64,000 nt of DNA from Podarcis melisellensis (lineage: Eukaryota), in assembly GCA_964234715.1 (NCBI GenBank), contig OZ174284.1. The stretch is one strand, 5' to 3'. The number at the start of each line of letters is the position of its first letter. Position 1 is the stretch's first letter. Positions 39,007-52,208 of this stretch are shown piece after piece. Position numbers and translations under genes: made by a program. A model generated the notes under the pieces. It did no database searches, was not told the DNA's origin, and saw only the letters and a program-made list of their open reading frames with translations.

Positions 39007-39929
39007 TCATAGCAACTCATCACAACTCCTCGGCATTGGCGGTTAGGCATTGGTAAGAAGGGTTTAAGAGGATGGGGGGGGGGAACGCCATCACCTCCCC
39101 CCAAAAGCTAAGGGTAGTCCGTTAAAGGATTCCGGGGTGTGTGTGGCCCTGTCCGAAACCTATGGGGGTGTGGGCCTAAGGCACGCCCCCGAGCGGTGAC
39201 CCGGGGGGAGCTCCTAGTTGACGTGCCTCAGCAGACTCCCCCTTCTGGTGTTAACCCATGCCGGTCTTCATGCAGTCGTGCTGGGGCCGGTTAGTCGATA
39301 GGACCAATGCCTAAGCCAATACCTCTCATTCCTGAAATCAATATAGTTGTGGCCTAATTTGCCCATTTAACCTTAATACTTGGTGTCCTATGTCATTATT
39401 TCTCCTTCCTGTGGGGGGCGGAAACTTGCCACGCAAATGTTGGTGCACTGGTGTTCTCAAATATGACTTGTGCTTGGCACCAATATTTTAATAGTTGTCA
39501 CTGTAAATTGTAGTCAGTGATATCACTGAGTTGGGAATAAGAAAAGAAATAATTAGCAAGGAACTCTGAGATTAAAAGAACATAAAAAGAAGCTAAAAAT
39601 AGCAAGTTTAAAGAAGGTTGTTCTTCTAAAATGGCTAAAATCATAGCAGGGATCTAATTAGCAAAGAAATCTTCCATCACATTTTGTCACATGCAGTAAA
39701 GTGCACATAGTAGGTTCAGTAGCTTGACTGAACCTCCATGCAGAATTCAAATTTATGCAATCTCTGCGTTAACTAGACTGTTTAGTGATTCAGAACTACA
39801 CAACCTCTTCTCTGACTGTATTGAATCTCTGATCAGAGCAGCTTCCTGCAACCAAGTTACTACATAGGCTCTGCATTGACCTTGTTGCTAGGCTACATCA
39901 TCCCTTCACTGCATAAAAATTGAAGACTT

Positions 39930-39990
39930 ATAGAATCATAGAATTGTAGAGTTTGAAGGGATCCTGAGGATCATCTAGTCTAACCCAATG
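39930..39990 (-). mobile_element. CR1/SINE 3' tail fragment; similar tails at ~37860-37905 and ~61858-61890 on +
   Basis: tagaatcatagaattgtagagtttgaagggatcctgaggatcatctagtc is the reverse complement of a CR1-type 3' end. Confidence 0.7.
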
Positions 39991-40477
39991 CAAAGCAGGA
40001 AGCTCAACTAAAGCATCCAAACTCCAAAGTTCTCCATGCTGGCAGAGATAAGGGATCACATAAGCCCTCATTGTTACATCTGAAGCAGCACCCCAATTCT
40101 ACAAGTTGTATCCTGAATTGAAGAGTTCACTTTGAGTGATGTTTTCCATGTAACTTCATTGTAATAATTCAAAGGCAGGTATCTGGGTGTCTGCCATTCA
40201 ATAAATTTTCTGTTGGTGATAAATTCTGGCAAGAGGTTTTTTATACAGATGTATTTATGGGAATAATGTCAGGAGATAAAATACGGATGCAAAATGTTAG
40301 TGCTAAATTTGGTCACCAGTCTTCTCAGCACAAATATGCACACCAGAAATATACATCATTTTACCAAATGCTACCAATATCTGAAGCACGTAAATCTCTC
40401 TGTGGAGGAAACATGTGAAGCCACTCTTAGTGCACCAATGTGAAAAGAGGATAAGCAAAGCAGTCAGTCACACTCCC

Positions 40478-41245
40478 TGGACTGCCTGGTCCTGAATAGG
40501 GTAACTGAGCTTGTGAAGGACCAGGTGCGCAGCCTGGGAGTCATTTTGGACTCACAGCTGTCCATGGAGGCGCAGGTCAATTCTGTATCCAGGGCAGCTG
40601 TCTACCAGCTCCATCTGGTACGCAGGCTGAGACCCTACTGCCCGCGGACTGTCTCGCCAGAGTGGTGCATGCTCTAGTTATCTCCCGCTTGGACTACTGC
40701 AATGCGCTCTACGTGGGGCTACCTTTGAAGGTGACTCAGAAACTACAACTAATCCAGAATGCAGCAGCTAGACTGGTGACTGGGGGCGGCCGCCGAGACC
40801 ACATAACACCGGTCTTGAAAGACCTACATTGGCTCCCAGTACGTTTCCGAGCACAATTCAAAGTGCTGGTGTTGACCTTTAAAGCCCTAAACGGCCTCGG
40901 CTCAGTATACCTGAAGGAGCATCTCCACCCCCATCGTTCTGCCCGGACACTGAGGTCCAGCACCGAGGGCCTTCTGGCGGTTCCCTCATTGCGAGAAGCA
41001 AAGTTACAGGTAACCAGGCAGAGGGCCTTCTCGGTAGTGGCGCCCGCCCTGTGGAATGCCCTCCCATCAGATGTCAAAGCGATAAATAACTACCTGACAT
41101 TCAGAAGACATCTTAAGGCAGCCCCATTCCGGGAAGTTTTTAATCTGTGATATTTTAGTGTATTTTTGGTTTCTATGGAAGCCGCCCAGAGTGGCTGGGG
41201 AAACCCAGCCAGATGGGCGGGGTACAAATAATAAATTATTATTAT
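40478..41245 (+). mobile_element. L2-clade LINE, 5'-truncated
   Basis: ORF VHALVISRLDYCNALYVGLP...LQLIQNAAARLV...HITPVLKDLHWLPVRFRAQFK is typical of the L2 ORF2 C-terminus. 3' end gggcggggtacaaataataaattattatt. Confidence 0.9.
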
Positions 41246-41248
41246 AAT

Positions 41249-41249
41249 T

Positions 41250-41283
<34 letters not shown>
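41249..41283. repeat. (ATC)n microsatellite at the L2 tail
   Basis: Seen directly. Confidence 0.95.
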
Positions 41284-44200
41284 CACATTTCTTCTTTCCA
41301 ACTGATCCAATTAATGTAAATGACCAATTTGCTGCATCTCCAATGGATTAAAATACTAGGGATAAAATACCTAGTGTGAGTGAGCTCACAAAGTATTGAG
41401 GAGAAAATAAGGGGGCAGGTATGTTAAACACTTGTGCAATCATGGCAACAGGGTGAGGAGGTCAGGGCAGTGAAGTCTTAATGCAACTGCCTACCTGGTA
41501 CACAGGCTGTGGATGTCATGTGCCATGTAGATCATGTGAGAGAGGAATGAATGGTTTTTGCATATCAGCACCAGAGATACTGGGAAATATAGTTCTGAGG
41601 TCCCTGAGCAAAAATATATGTTACAATGATTCTCCAGTGCACAAAATTCTATGCACAGAGCCTGCTACACAGAGTGTCAGAGTCTCAATGCATTGACATC
41701 TGTATGTTAGCCCAGCAGAGAAAATAGCAGCTTTGAGGGGATTTTAAATGGACAAACAACATGGTAGAAAATAATTAACATCCCTCCTCCCTGGCCGTGG
41801 TCCTGATCAAATTTGCACATGCTTGGCTGCTTTTAAAAGAGACAGGACATCTGATTTTGGGCCACCAATGTCTCGTTTAATCCGGCCCTTAGGGAAGGGG
41901 GTTAAACAAATGCATGGAAGATAGGTCTATCAACAGCTGTTAACTACGACAGTTAAATGGAATCTCCAGGCTCAGAGACAGAGACAGTGTGCCTCTGAAT
42001 ATCAGGTATGAGCAAAAGAAAATAACGCATGTTGACTGTTCTAGTTACACAGGCTTCTTGGAAGCATCTGGCTAGCTGAACTAGGTGGACTCTTGGTCTG
42101 ACTTAGAAGGGCTCCTCTTATTTAACTCAGTAGTCGAGCACAGTCCCTGAAATCTCTAGGCAGAAAACCCCTTAGCTAAAACCCTGGAGAGCCACGGCTA
42201 GTCAACATAAACAATACTGAGCTAAATGGACCAATAATCTGACTCAGGATAATGGAGCTTCACATTTTCCTATTTTCTTATGGGCAGCTTCAAAGGGAAC
42301 AAGAGCAGAAATATAATGTCCAAAACCCATCATGTAATATTGCAGCGAGATAAGAGGGAAAGACAGCACAGAATTACTGTTAGCCGCACCTTGAAACTGT
42401 AATCTTTTAAATCATGTGCTGATTATTACTTTCCATCTTGCCTCAAGTGTAGCCTATTGGGAGATTTTCACACATGCCCCTCTTCCAGCATGAGTGAAAT
42501 CCAAGTCCAAAAGTCAGCATGCCTATTCTCTGCATGTCTTTAGGCTTTATCTGCTTAAGGTACTGAGAAAAAACACATTTGTACTCCCATTAATCCTGAA
42601 GAGTCCCATTACAAGTTTTTACCACCATTAATCCCTGCAGCGTTGAGGAAGAGAGAGGATCCTATGAGGAATGAGTCAAAGCTAAAGCACATCACAGTCA
42701 TACCAGTGTTTTAAGCCATTCCACTTTGAGCTGAGATTTAAAGGGGGGGCAGGAAAGACAAAAAATATATCACATGTTGGTGTATTTAAACATTCATAAC
42801 TTTATAACTAACCAGTCTATTTTCTTCCAACAAAGAAGCTTCTATTGAAGGGCACAAGCAACTTAAAAATGCCAAATCTGAAAACTCAATGGTACATCGT
42901 GATTTGCAACTCTTTGTCCACAGACCTCATAAATCACTTTTATTCTTCCTACTTCCTAATGGTAGCAGCAGCCCTTAAACAGTGTGTAAAATTGAAGCAT
43001 CCAGCTAATGTGAAAAGTATTCAATGAAGAATTCAGATCAGGAGTAGGAAACCTGTTGCTCTCCAGATGTTGTTAGACTCCAGTCCCCCACCCAGTCCCA
43101 TCTATCATGGTTAATGGTCAGTGATGATGGCAGAGCCCTCCGAAGAGTCACAGGTTCCCCACCCATGTGCTAGGTGAGATCTCTTCCTGTAACAAGTGTT
43201 CCATAGCTTAAGAACTGGAAAGTGCTGCCTGGCACCTCAATCCTGAATATATTTACTCAAAAGCAAGCCTAATTGATTTGAAAGGAGCTTAGTTTCACAG
43301 AAAGTATGCTTAGGATCCCAGTTTATAACAATGAGGATGTACTTATCTTTAAGTAAAATCCTACTGATTTTTAAACTAGGCTGTTCAAGTGTTTAAAGGT
43401 AAGGATGTGTTTTGCTAGATTATGTTTCATATCCAGGGGCCTAGCCGAATAATAAGATTTATGTGCCTTGGATTTTAAGATTAAAATGTTGAAAAGAATA
43501 ACACTAAAAACCAGTAACATGGACAAATCAACTGCACCAAAAAGCACAGAATCATAGAAATAAACTGCAATCCTATTTATATTGAGAAAAATAACCACTT
43601 TATTTCAAATAAGTTCAGCATCTTCTATGAATGTATACATTCAGAGATATGAACACCTGCCTGTTACACTATCACCAATTTGTCCTTTAACCATTGGCCC
43701 TTTCCTTTGATCTTAAAGAATAAGGAACTGGGAAATGAATATTTAAGGGAACAATTATCTGAAGGGGGAAATAATTGGAGGCATATCTACATGGAAATTT
43801 GTTTGGAAGGATCTGCTAGAGAAAGAAAATAGGTTCAGCAAAATTGAGCCATGAGAATGACGAAACTGGGTTTAGCTATGGCATCAGAACATAGGAAGAT
43901 CCCTGCTAGACTCACAGAAAATCCCAACTAATTCTACATTCTGTTTCAACATAAGCAAGATGTGAAAGTGAGACCAACACTGCCTTTTTCGTTTATTAAG
44001 AGTGAGGGGAACAGGGATCTCCTAACAACTCCCAGCACCTTTCACAAGCTATAGGTCTCAGACTTGCCTGGAGAAAGCCATGACTGTTTATAGTGTTATC
44101 ATAGCGCTGTAAATATATAGTGTGAATGTGGCCACAGAGAAACAATACCAGTTGGCCTTACCATTAGGAAGAGTGAGGCAGCCACCTGAGTCAATCTATT

Positions 44201-44460
44201 TTTGGTATCGTTAAATGGTGCCAAATAATTCAATAGCTATTACCATTGTACTTCTCTAGTAGTTAGAGAAGGGGAGAGATGCATGTGTTTGCATCCGATG
44301 CCAAAATAATTTAACTGGCCTTAGGTACTATGGATCCTAACTGGGTGTGGGGCAGGGAGAGCAACACCTTTTTCTGCTCCGCTACAGGCAGCAAAATGTC
44401 TTGGACTGGTACACACACAAGCATACAGAGAATACTGTCACTAAGCTGGACACTCAAGTA

Positions 44461-44600
44461 GCAGTTAGCTCAGTTGGTTAGAGTGTGGTGCTGATAATGC
44501 CAAGGATGTGGGTTGGATTCCCATACAAGCCACATGCATTGCAGAGGATTTGCCTTGATGACCCTTGAGGTCCCTTCCAACTCTACTGTTCTATGATTCT
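44461..44600 (+). mobile_element. SINE with tRNA-derived head and CR1-like tail (second copy)
   Basis: tagctcagttggttagag...gataatgccaagg...ggtcccttccaactctactgttctatgattct. Confidence 0.75.
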
Positions 44601-44613
44601 AAGCAAGATACTA

Positions 44614-44855
44614 CAGTGGTACCTCGGGTTAAGTACTTAATTTGTTCCGGAGGTCCGTTCTTAACCTGAAACTGTTCTTAACCTGAAGCACCACTTTAGC
44701 TAATGGGGCCTCCTGCTGCTGCCACGCCGCTGGAGCCCAATTTCTGTTCTTATCCTGAAGCAAAGTTCTTAACCCGAGGCACTATTTCTGGGTTAGCGGA
44801 GTCTGTAACCTGAAGCGTATGTAATCTGAAGCGTCTGTAACCCAGGGAACCACTG
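44614..44855. mobile_element. Tc1/mariner-superfamily (pogo/Tigger-like) MITE, 242 bp
   Basis: TIRs CAGTGGTACCTCGGGTTA / TAACCCAGGGAACCACTG, TA on both flanks, internal taacctgaa repeats. Confidence 0.9.
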
Positions 44856-45957
44856 TATACTGTAACTCAAGAGACCCAGAGGTCTTCAAGTATTTAACAC
44901 TGGATTTAAATCAATCACACCAAAGGCCAGAATTTAGGGGCTGGGGGTGAAGGGACAAGACTTAGCTCATAACTAACACTCAAGACAGACACAAACAACA
45001 GCAAGAGAAATCAAAATTAGGATGCAAGGGATTTTAGGAAAGTAATGTTCTAGATTGGAATAAGAAGGCCACACCTGCAGACTACAAGCCCCAACAGCTC
45101 TAACAATGTCAGTGTTGCTGCTCCCAGCAGGAAAGGATTTATAGGTGTGTGTGGCATTAGGGCCACATGGGTCTGAGGGGCCTCCAAGCCATTAGTGTGC
45201 CTTGTTATCTGAGAGGATAGCTTTGAAATGTGACTACAAGCAATGAATTGAGATGGTTGAATTCTAGCATTTTAGTTGTTTTGTTTCTACTGTTTGCGTC
45301 TCCTTCTTTCCAATTAAAATCAGTGGAGGCTGGGCCGTTAGGGCAGAGGTCACCAACCTGGTGCTCATGAAGGCCTTCATTGGCATCCCTGAAGGAGGTA
45401 CCAGACTCAGAGCTTTCATTAAAAAAGAAGAAGTTTCTAGCCCTTCTAATAAGAAATTTATCAATCATAACATGCAGGTACCTTTCTGAATAATTTCTTT
45501 CAAATGAGCCAGCCTGGCTGTTACTGCCTCTCAATGTTTTTAGCCAATAAGTGAGGTCAGAGCTGTGACTGATATAGTAAGTTGTTTGGACCCCAGGCAA
45601 TAGGAATCCATGCAGTGCTAACAGAGATGGATTTATAATGGTGCAATTGCAGCAATTGCACCAGGGCTCATGGCAGCAGAAGACCCAAACACTGAGTTTT
45701 AATTTTTTTAAACAGTATGTCTTCAGCCCTTCTAGAAATAAAGCTACAAAGTGTAATGTGCAGGCAGCCTTCAAAGCTGTCGGTTGCCAACCTGATGCAA
45801 GCAGAGGGACGACTATAATCTATCCTCAAGCTCTGCAGCGTGAAGCATTTGCTGGAGTTGGAAGGACCCACCAACTTCCAACTCCCATTGGCTATGATAC
45901 TAACTTCTCCCCTACTTTCTTGAAGGATTTGCCTGGGCGGCTGCTGTGGGACAAAAT

Positions 45958-46033
45958 GAGAGGAGAGGAGAGGAGAGGAGAGGAGAGGAGAGGAGAGGAG
46001 AGGAGAGGAGAGGAGAGGAGAGGAGAGGAGAGA
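45958..46033. repeat. (GAGGA)n pentanucleotide pure-purine repeat
   Basis: Seen directly, about 15 units. Confidence 0.98.
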
Positions 46034-47814
46034 TAGCTGCTACACCTCTGGTGTTGGGGATGGGGGAAAGTGCCAAGACCATTTCACCTCCTCTTCTTTG
46101 GCTGCCCAGGGAAGGACTTTCTGAAAAGATGGGGAGCTAAGAAGTGTGGAGGCAACACACATATAAAAAAATGATTAAACTCCCTCATCCAAATCAGGCA
46201 GATCTTTTTGTAATGGGAAAAGACAACAGGAATTCCAGCCACAGAACCCTTACATTACATGAAGTTTGGCCATCTATCCAAGAACCTGAAATCCAGAATA
46301 CACCTTAAGGTAAAGAATAGCCCATGGTTTGGTACAAATTGCATTTAATATCTCAAAAGGGAGGGGGGGACATAGGAAGAAAAGCCTTTCCCCCAAGGAT
46401 TTGAATCTACCAACAATAATCCTGTGCTTCTTATATATGCTAATTCATCCATCAGCAACCACCGAAGATTCATCATCTTTGATGGTTTGTGAGGTTAAAA
46501 TGGGACAGAATGAAAAATAAAAAAGGCACCGAGAAGGTCACAAATATTACAGACATCCTTCTTGAGGACATCTAATCTAGGAGACTGTAGTGCCACCCTT
46601 GCAGCATATCAGACAAGCCTGGTTTGAACAAAGTATGATAAGATAATATTGTACTAATAAATATTATTATTGTTAAAAAATAAACCAATGCACTAATGAT
46701 AAACTAGAGCTTACAACACTATATTCATCAATAGCTATGACCCATAAGCACAAGGAGTCCACCTCTGTGACCACAAGCCAGTGACCTCTGTCTAATGCTG
46801 CTGCACAGCCCAGCCTACCATAAAACATCTGCATCTATAATTCACACAATTAAAAAAAAATCAGGAAATGAGAGCAAGGAAGAAAATAAATTAAGAAAAT
46901 GGGTGAGGGAAGATTTCCTTTCAGGGTTGCATCCCCATCCCTCATTCACCGATAACAGCAGAGCCCCAAATTATCAACTACATTGTAACTACATTAACTT
47001 GAATGAGGGTATTTTTCTCTCTCCAGCTTAAGTACTTCCAAATATAGCTATTTAGCTGATATTCTTCCATTTTCTGAAGCTTCATGCTAAAATATATAAC
47101 CTATCGCTGCAATCCTGTGCACACTTATTTGGGAGTAAAGCCAATTGAATATAGCGGGATTTCCATATAACTATGCATAGGAGTGGGCTATTGTGTATGG
47201 GGTGTGTGTGCTTAAATCCTATTTCTGCCATGGACTTAAGCATATCAGTGTCTGTTCCTCCTCTTTACAGGGAAGATAATCATAACCTCTCAGAGCATTG
47301 CTGTGCAGCACTTCTCAGCTTGTGAGAAATTCCTACAGAAACTGGAAAGCAGGAGAACAAAATCAGCCAAAGACAAAATGTTGTATTTGTCATACTTGCC
47401 CCAAGCAGAGTTCAAGTGGATTAAAGGGTAGCAGAAGGAATGGGAGGCAGAGCACTAGTTTATTAGTTCACAGTTGCTAAGAAGAGAGCAGGCACACTCT
47501 ATTTCTTTGCCCAGTCAAGATATATACAAAATCTGGTTTTATCAGGGAGGTTGTTTCAGTTCTCCTGGCAACTGTTCATACAGTTATAGGATGCCAACAC
47601 ATAGGGATGCTCACTTTATACTTTGAGAAACTTGGGTTTAGATATTCACAAATCAATTAAAAACACACACACAAAATAAAATTAAAAAGTTTTCTTATTA
47701 TTTGAATTATCATGTTATTTATTACTGACATCATAAATTAAATTATGGCTGCATTATTGCTAACCAAGCTCAGGGTGCACTCAATTAAAATAAAGAAGAA
47801 GCAAAAGGATTTCA

Positions 47815-48117
<303 letters not shown>

Positions 48118-51100
48118 TCAGACTGGCAAAGTCCGTCATTCCAAGTAGTTAGTACAAAATCCTGACACTTTACTCTTATACATCACTTTGTCTAATTGCG
48201 CAAACATAGGTTGGTATACTGGAAGAATCCCATAAATTTGCACACTTTTCTTCCTCTCTTTCTCTGTTCTTCCTGGTTAATATCAACTAATTTACAGCAG
48301 AATTCTAACTATGTCTGCTCAGAAGTAAGCCCCAACAGGACCTACTCCCAGGTAAGCGTCCATAGAATTGCAGTGTTAAATCTGAAGAGGTAAAATAGCA
48401 GTTGGCTTCTAAAACAGAGACTGAAACCAGGATTAGAAGTTTACCTCAATCTCTGGTTTAGAAGCTAACTATGGTCAGCGGTAACTGTTCTTATGCCAGG
48501 TCAGGTGTAGCAATGAAACCTTGCAGTTAACACTAACCAGAGAAAGATGGGGAAATTCATGCAGCTAGAGGAAGTTGGGAGATGGCACAACCTTGTTGGA
48601 TGTTCCCAGTTATCAAAGCATGGTTTGGCAGTGTGATGGGTCAGTGGTAGGCTTCAGGTTTCATGGCAGAGCCAATCAGTTATCAGCCAATAGGCTTCCC
48701 AGTTCCCCATGTAACTGAAGAAAGAAGTCATGTTTGGGGAGAGCCTGACTAGTGTTCTGGGAGGGGGAACTCCTTTTTACTACTCTAAAACAAAACAAAA
48801 CAAAAAGGATGTGCTCTCCAACCCTAGAAAGGGAAAGCACATCAAAAATAATAAAAACTATTGAAAAACACTTGGCACTGCTGATGTTCACCTGTTGTCT
48901 TTTGAGGGCTAATGAGTGTTCTTGGGATTGAATGATCCTCTAACAAAAAGTAAAAACAGTCCCCAAGAAAGCACAACTCTAAAAGCTGAACTTTAAAAAG
49001 TACAGAAAATTGTGTTATGAGTGTAAATGAGTGAGGGTGGGGTGTTTTGCTCATCTCTATTTGTTGTGACACTGACATTTAGGTGGGTACAGTGGAATTC
49101 CGGTGGCCACATTCTGCACAAAGGACAACAATTTGCATTTCCCATCCATAAAATGCTGTAGGTGGAACGCAGGGGAAATGTGACAGTCCTGTAGCAGAAA
49201 AGTGTCTTAAATAAATATGCCTGGATCCCACAAAATAAATGAGTAAAAGGACCCTAACGTTCTGTGGGAAACCCGGAAACAAATCTGTCCTTGGCTGCTC
49301 AGCTCAGTGGGTGACCTTGGGCAACTCACCTAGTCATCATCTTCTGGTTGCTGTGAAGCTAAAAGGTCATTTTGAGTACCTCAGATGAAGGGTGAGGTAT
49401 AACAAAATGTCATCTGCCTTAACAATACATGCATGCATTTTTGTTTATCCAAACGTTATCGTAAATACAGTCACTGAAGCGACTAACTCCGCAAGCCACT
49501 CCTGCAACCTAAACTGCAACAGGGAGGAAGTGATACACGTGCCTCCCCGTAAGATGAAAGTATGCAGTGCTGCTCTCTGAGTCTTGGCATACTTATGTAT
49601 GACTTGCAAACAGAGGCACACATAAATCTTTTTCACATCACGAGTTTTAGACATTCAGGAGCACTCCCATGAGTAGGACAGAAATTTCATGACGCCTCTA
49701 GCTCTATAACAAATTGTGGCATTTGGTATCATAGCTATTGCTGTTCTGTTAAGTAAGTGTGAGCACAGGTTTTCAAAAGTTCTTTAAGTCCTACAAGGTC
49801 ACTGTGATCTAAACAACTAGAAACATCCATGCAATGAAGTACAAGGCCAAGAGAGTTCCTTCACACAGCTGCTCTTTTTCCGTCTGCATTTTAATGGAAC
49901 TAACCCAAACCAAGTTCACAGAGTCTATTAGTTATGCTTATTAATGCAGGCTTATGTGCCACAACTCCAGCTGACTTTCAATAAGAATTGAATGAATGTA
50001 TCTGATGGCAAATCTGGCTCCCACATATGCAATGCAGATGAGATAAGTTATTATGAGAAACATTCATTTTGCATTTTTTGGCTTTTTGAATACTTAACAG
50101 TGAAGCATTTCATCAACATTTATTTTTGCATGCAAATTAATTTATCTCTGTATTGATGTTTATAATTTGCATTTTAAAAATTTGAGGAAGTGAGTAAGAA
50201 ACTTTTAAAGGAAACTTTTAAAGGGAAAATGGATAAATAAAATAAAACTTTAAACTAGCTCCACTGCATAATTGCAAAGAAACATTGTTGAACATTGCAT
50301 ATTTTCAGTTTTGCATGGTTTATATTTGCTGCTTCTTCATCCAGAATCACCATAGATTTATAAAGCAAGAGTACCTTTTCAGGATACCTTAACAGTTAAG
50401 ATATGACTATCATCCTCAATGACTACACAGAAGTAAGTCCCATTGAGTTGCATAGGCTAACATCATGTGGACTATGCAAACAGCTGCAAACACACAGTGA
50501 ACTCTGTGTAGCATTTGGTATCCAGAAAAAAACACACATGAACATATCCATATTGGCCTTGTGCAATGCATGTTTCTCATAACAATGTATGTCATCATTT
50601 CACATATAGAATCCAGTTTTACCCCAAATAATTCATTCAAGCTATTCACCATTCGCATCTGTTCTGCTACCTGTACAAAAAATATGTGCATGGTGTGTAT
50701 ACAGAAATTTCAGCATGAGCATCTTCATGAATATTCACAACTCTGCATACATCTCCTTAGATATGTGCATTGGTCCATGTATGCTGTCCACAGCTTGTGG
50801 ACAACAGCTCCCTTTGGCATGACTATACATAAAGCTCTGACTAAATTTCCATTTCAAAATATCTTTTCTTCAGGGCTCAAAAACTTGGTGGCATAGATAC
50901 GTTCAGGGCAAATTTGAGAAGCGGGTAAAACGATTTTCACACAAATATCTCAGTTCAAGCATCTTCATATTTTCAGCCTGTGGGTAAACCAGAAGGTCTT
51001 ACGTAGGGGGCCATTTCACAGCTCAACGAAGCCAAGGGAATATACCAGTATCTTACCAGCATCCAAGTGCTTTCACTTATTTTCTGTATTCTGCCTTTGC

Positions 51101-51845
51101 CCTTCACTCATAAATCAACTCTCTAATCAGACAGCTTTGCACCTTTTGCTCCCCGTCCCTCTGCAACTACTCCATCTACATCCCCCACCCACCCGAGGAT
51201 ATTAAATTAATAGTTAATATGTCTCAAATTTATGGAGACAGTAGAGTATGACACTGGAGATGGTTTGTCGTTTCTGCTGCTTCAAGCACCCCTAGATTGC
51301 TGTAACTTCCTTATCCCTGTCCTTCTTCTGACACACAATCTAGATGTGAATTAATTTGCAAGGGGTTAATGTGCAGAGGTTCTCCATTAGGCACTTTGGG
51401 TGAATCTCTGGAAGGAAATAATTCCATTAATGCAATTAGTGTAATGAGAGATAGATGAATGTAACATTACATAGCTTTGTAATATCATCATCATCATTGT
51501 CGTCATGTAAATTTCCAGTTATACAGCCAAGGCAAGCAGAACCAAAGTAGGAAAAGCAATCAAGGGTTGCAAATTTATTACGTTAAAATTCATATGCATG
51601 ACAAAATTTGCAAAATTTTGCACATTTGCTGGGTACCAATTCAAATGTGAACAGTTGTCCAAGGGAATATATATTTCAGTTTAACAAAGTAGCATGTTTA
51701 CTTTGGAGAAATTATGAGCAAACACACATAGGGTCAGGAAGATAATTTCAGGTCAGCTGAAAATTAGTGGCTCTGTATTGTGAGCCACGCAAATGCCCAA
51801 TCATCCAAAGAGATCCATTTAAATTTTCTGCTGTTTGTGAACCTA

Positions 51846-52208
<363 letters not shown>

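Larger units (their letters stand above)
38672..39436 (+). mobile_element. CpG-rich ~760-bp non-coding element, probably a solo terminal repeat of a retrotransposon (tyrosine-recombinase DIRS/Ngaro-like or LTR)
   Basis: Sharp GC/CpG shift from the flanks. Promoter and poly(A) signal in LTR-like order. No TG...CA ends and no clear TSD. aatatagttgtggcc resembles a motif I recall from reptile YR elements (unverified). Boundaries approximate. Confidence 0.5.

Noticed and set aside
39007-39100. Possible MALAT1-like A-tract plus mascRNA downstream of the ENE-like motif
   Set aside because: No genomic A-rich tract and no tRNA-like cloverleaf visible, so this is not a MALAT1/tancRNA-type 3' module.
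39135-39165. Possible hammerhead in the structured domain (ctgtccgaaac)
   Set aside because: Lacks the CUGANGA core and stem II.
44461-44535. tRNA-like sequence; also 27335-27395 and 52870-52958
   Set aside because: SINE heads with degenerate cloverleaf attached to LINE-derived tails, not tRNA genes.
45205-45774. 189-aa intronic ORF; also 30961-31527 and 52455-52922
   Set aside because: No homology signal; explained by chance or by crossing MITE/SINE sequence.
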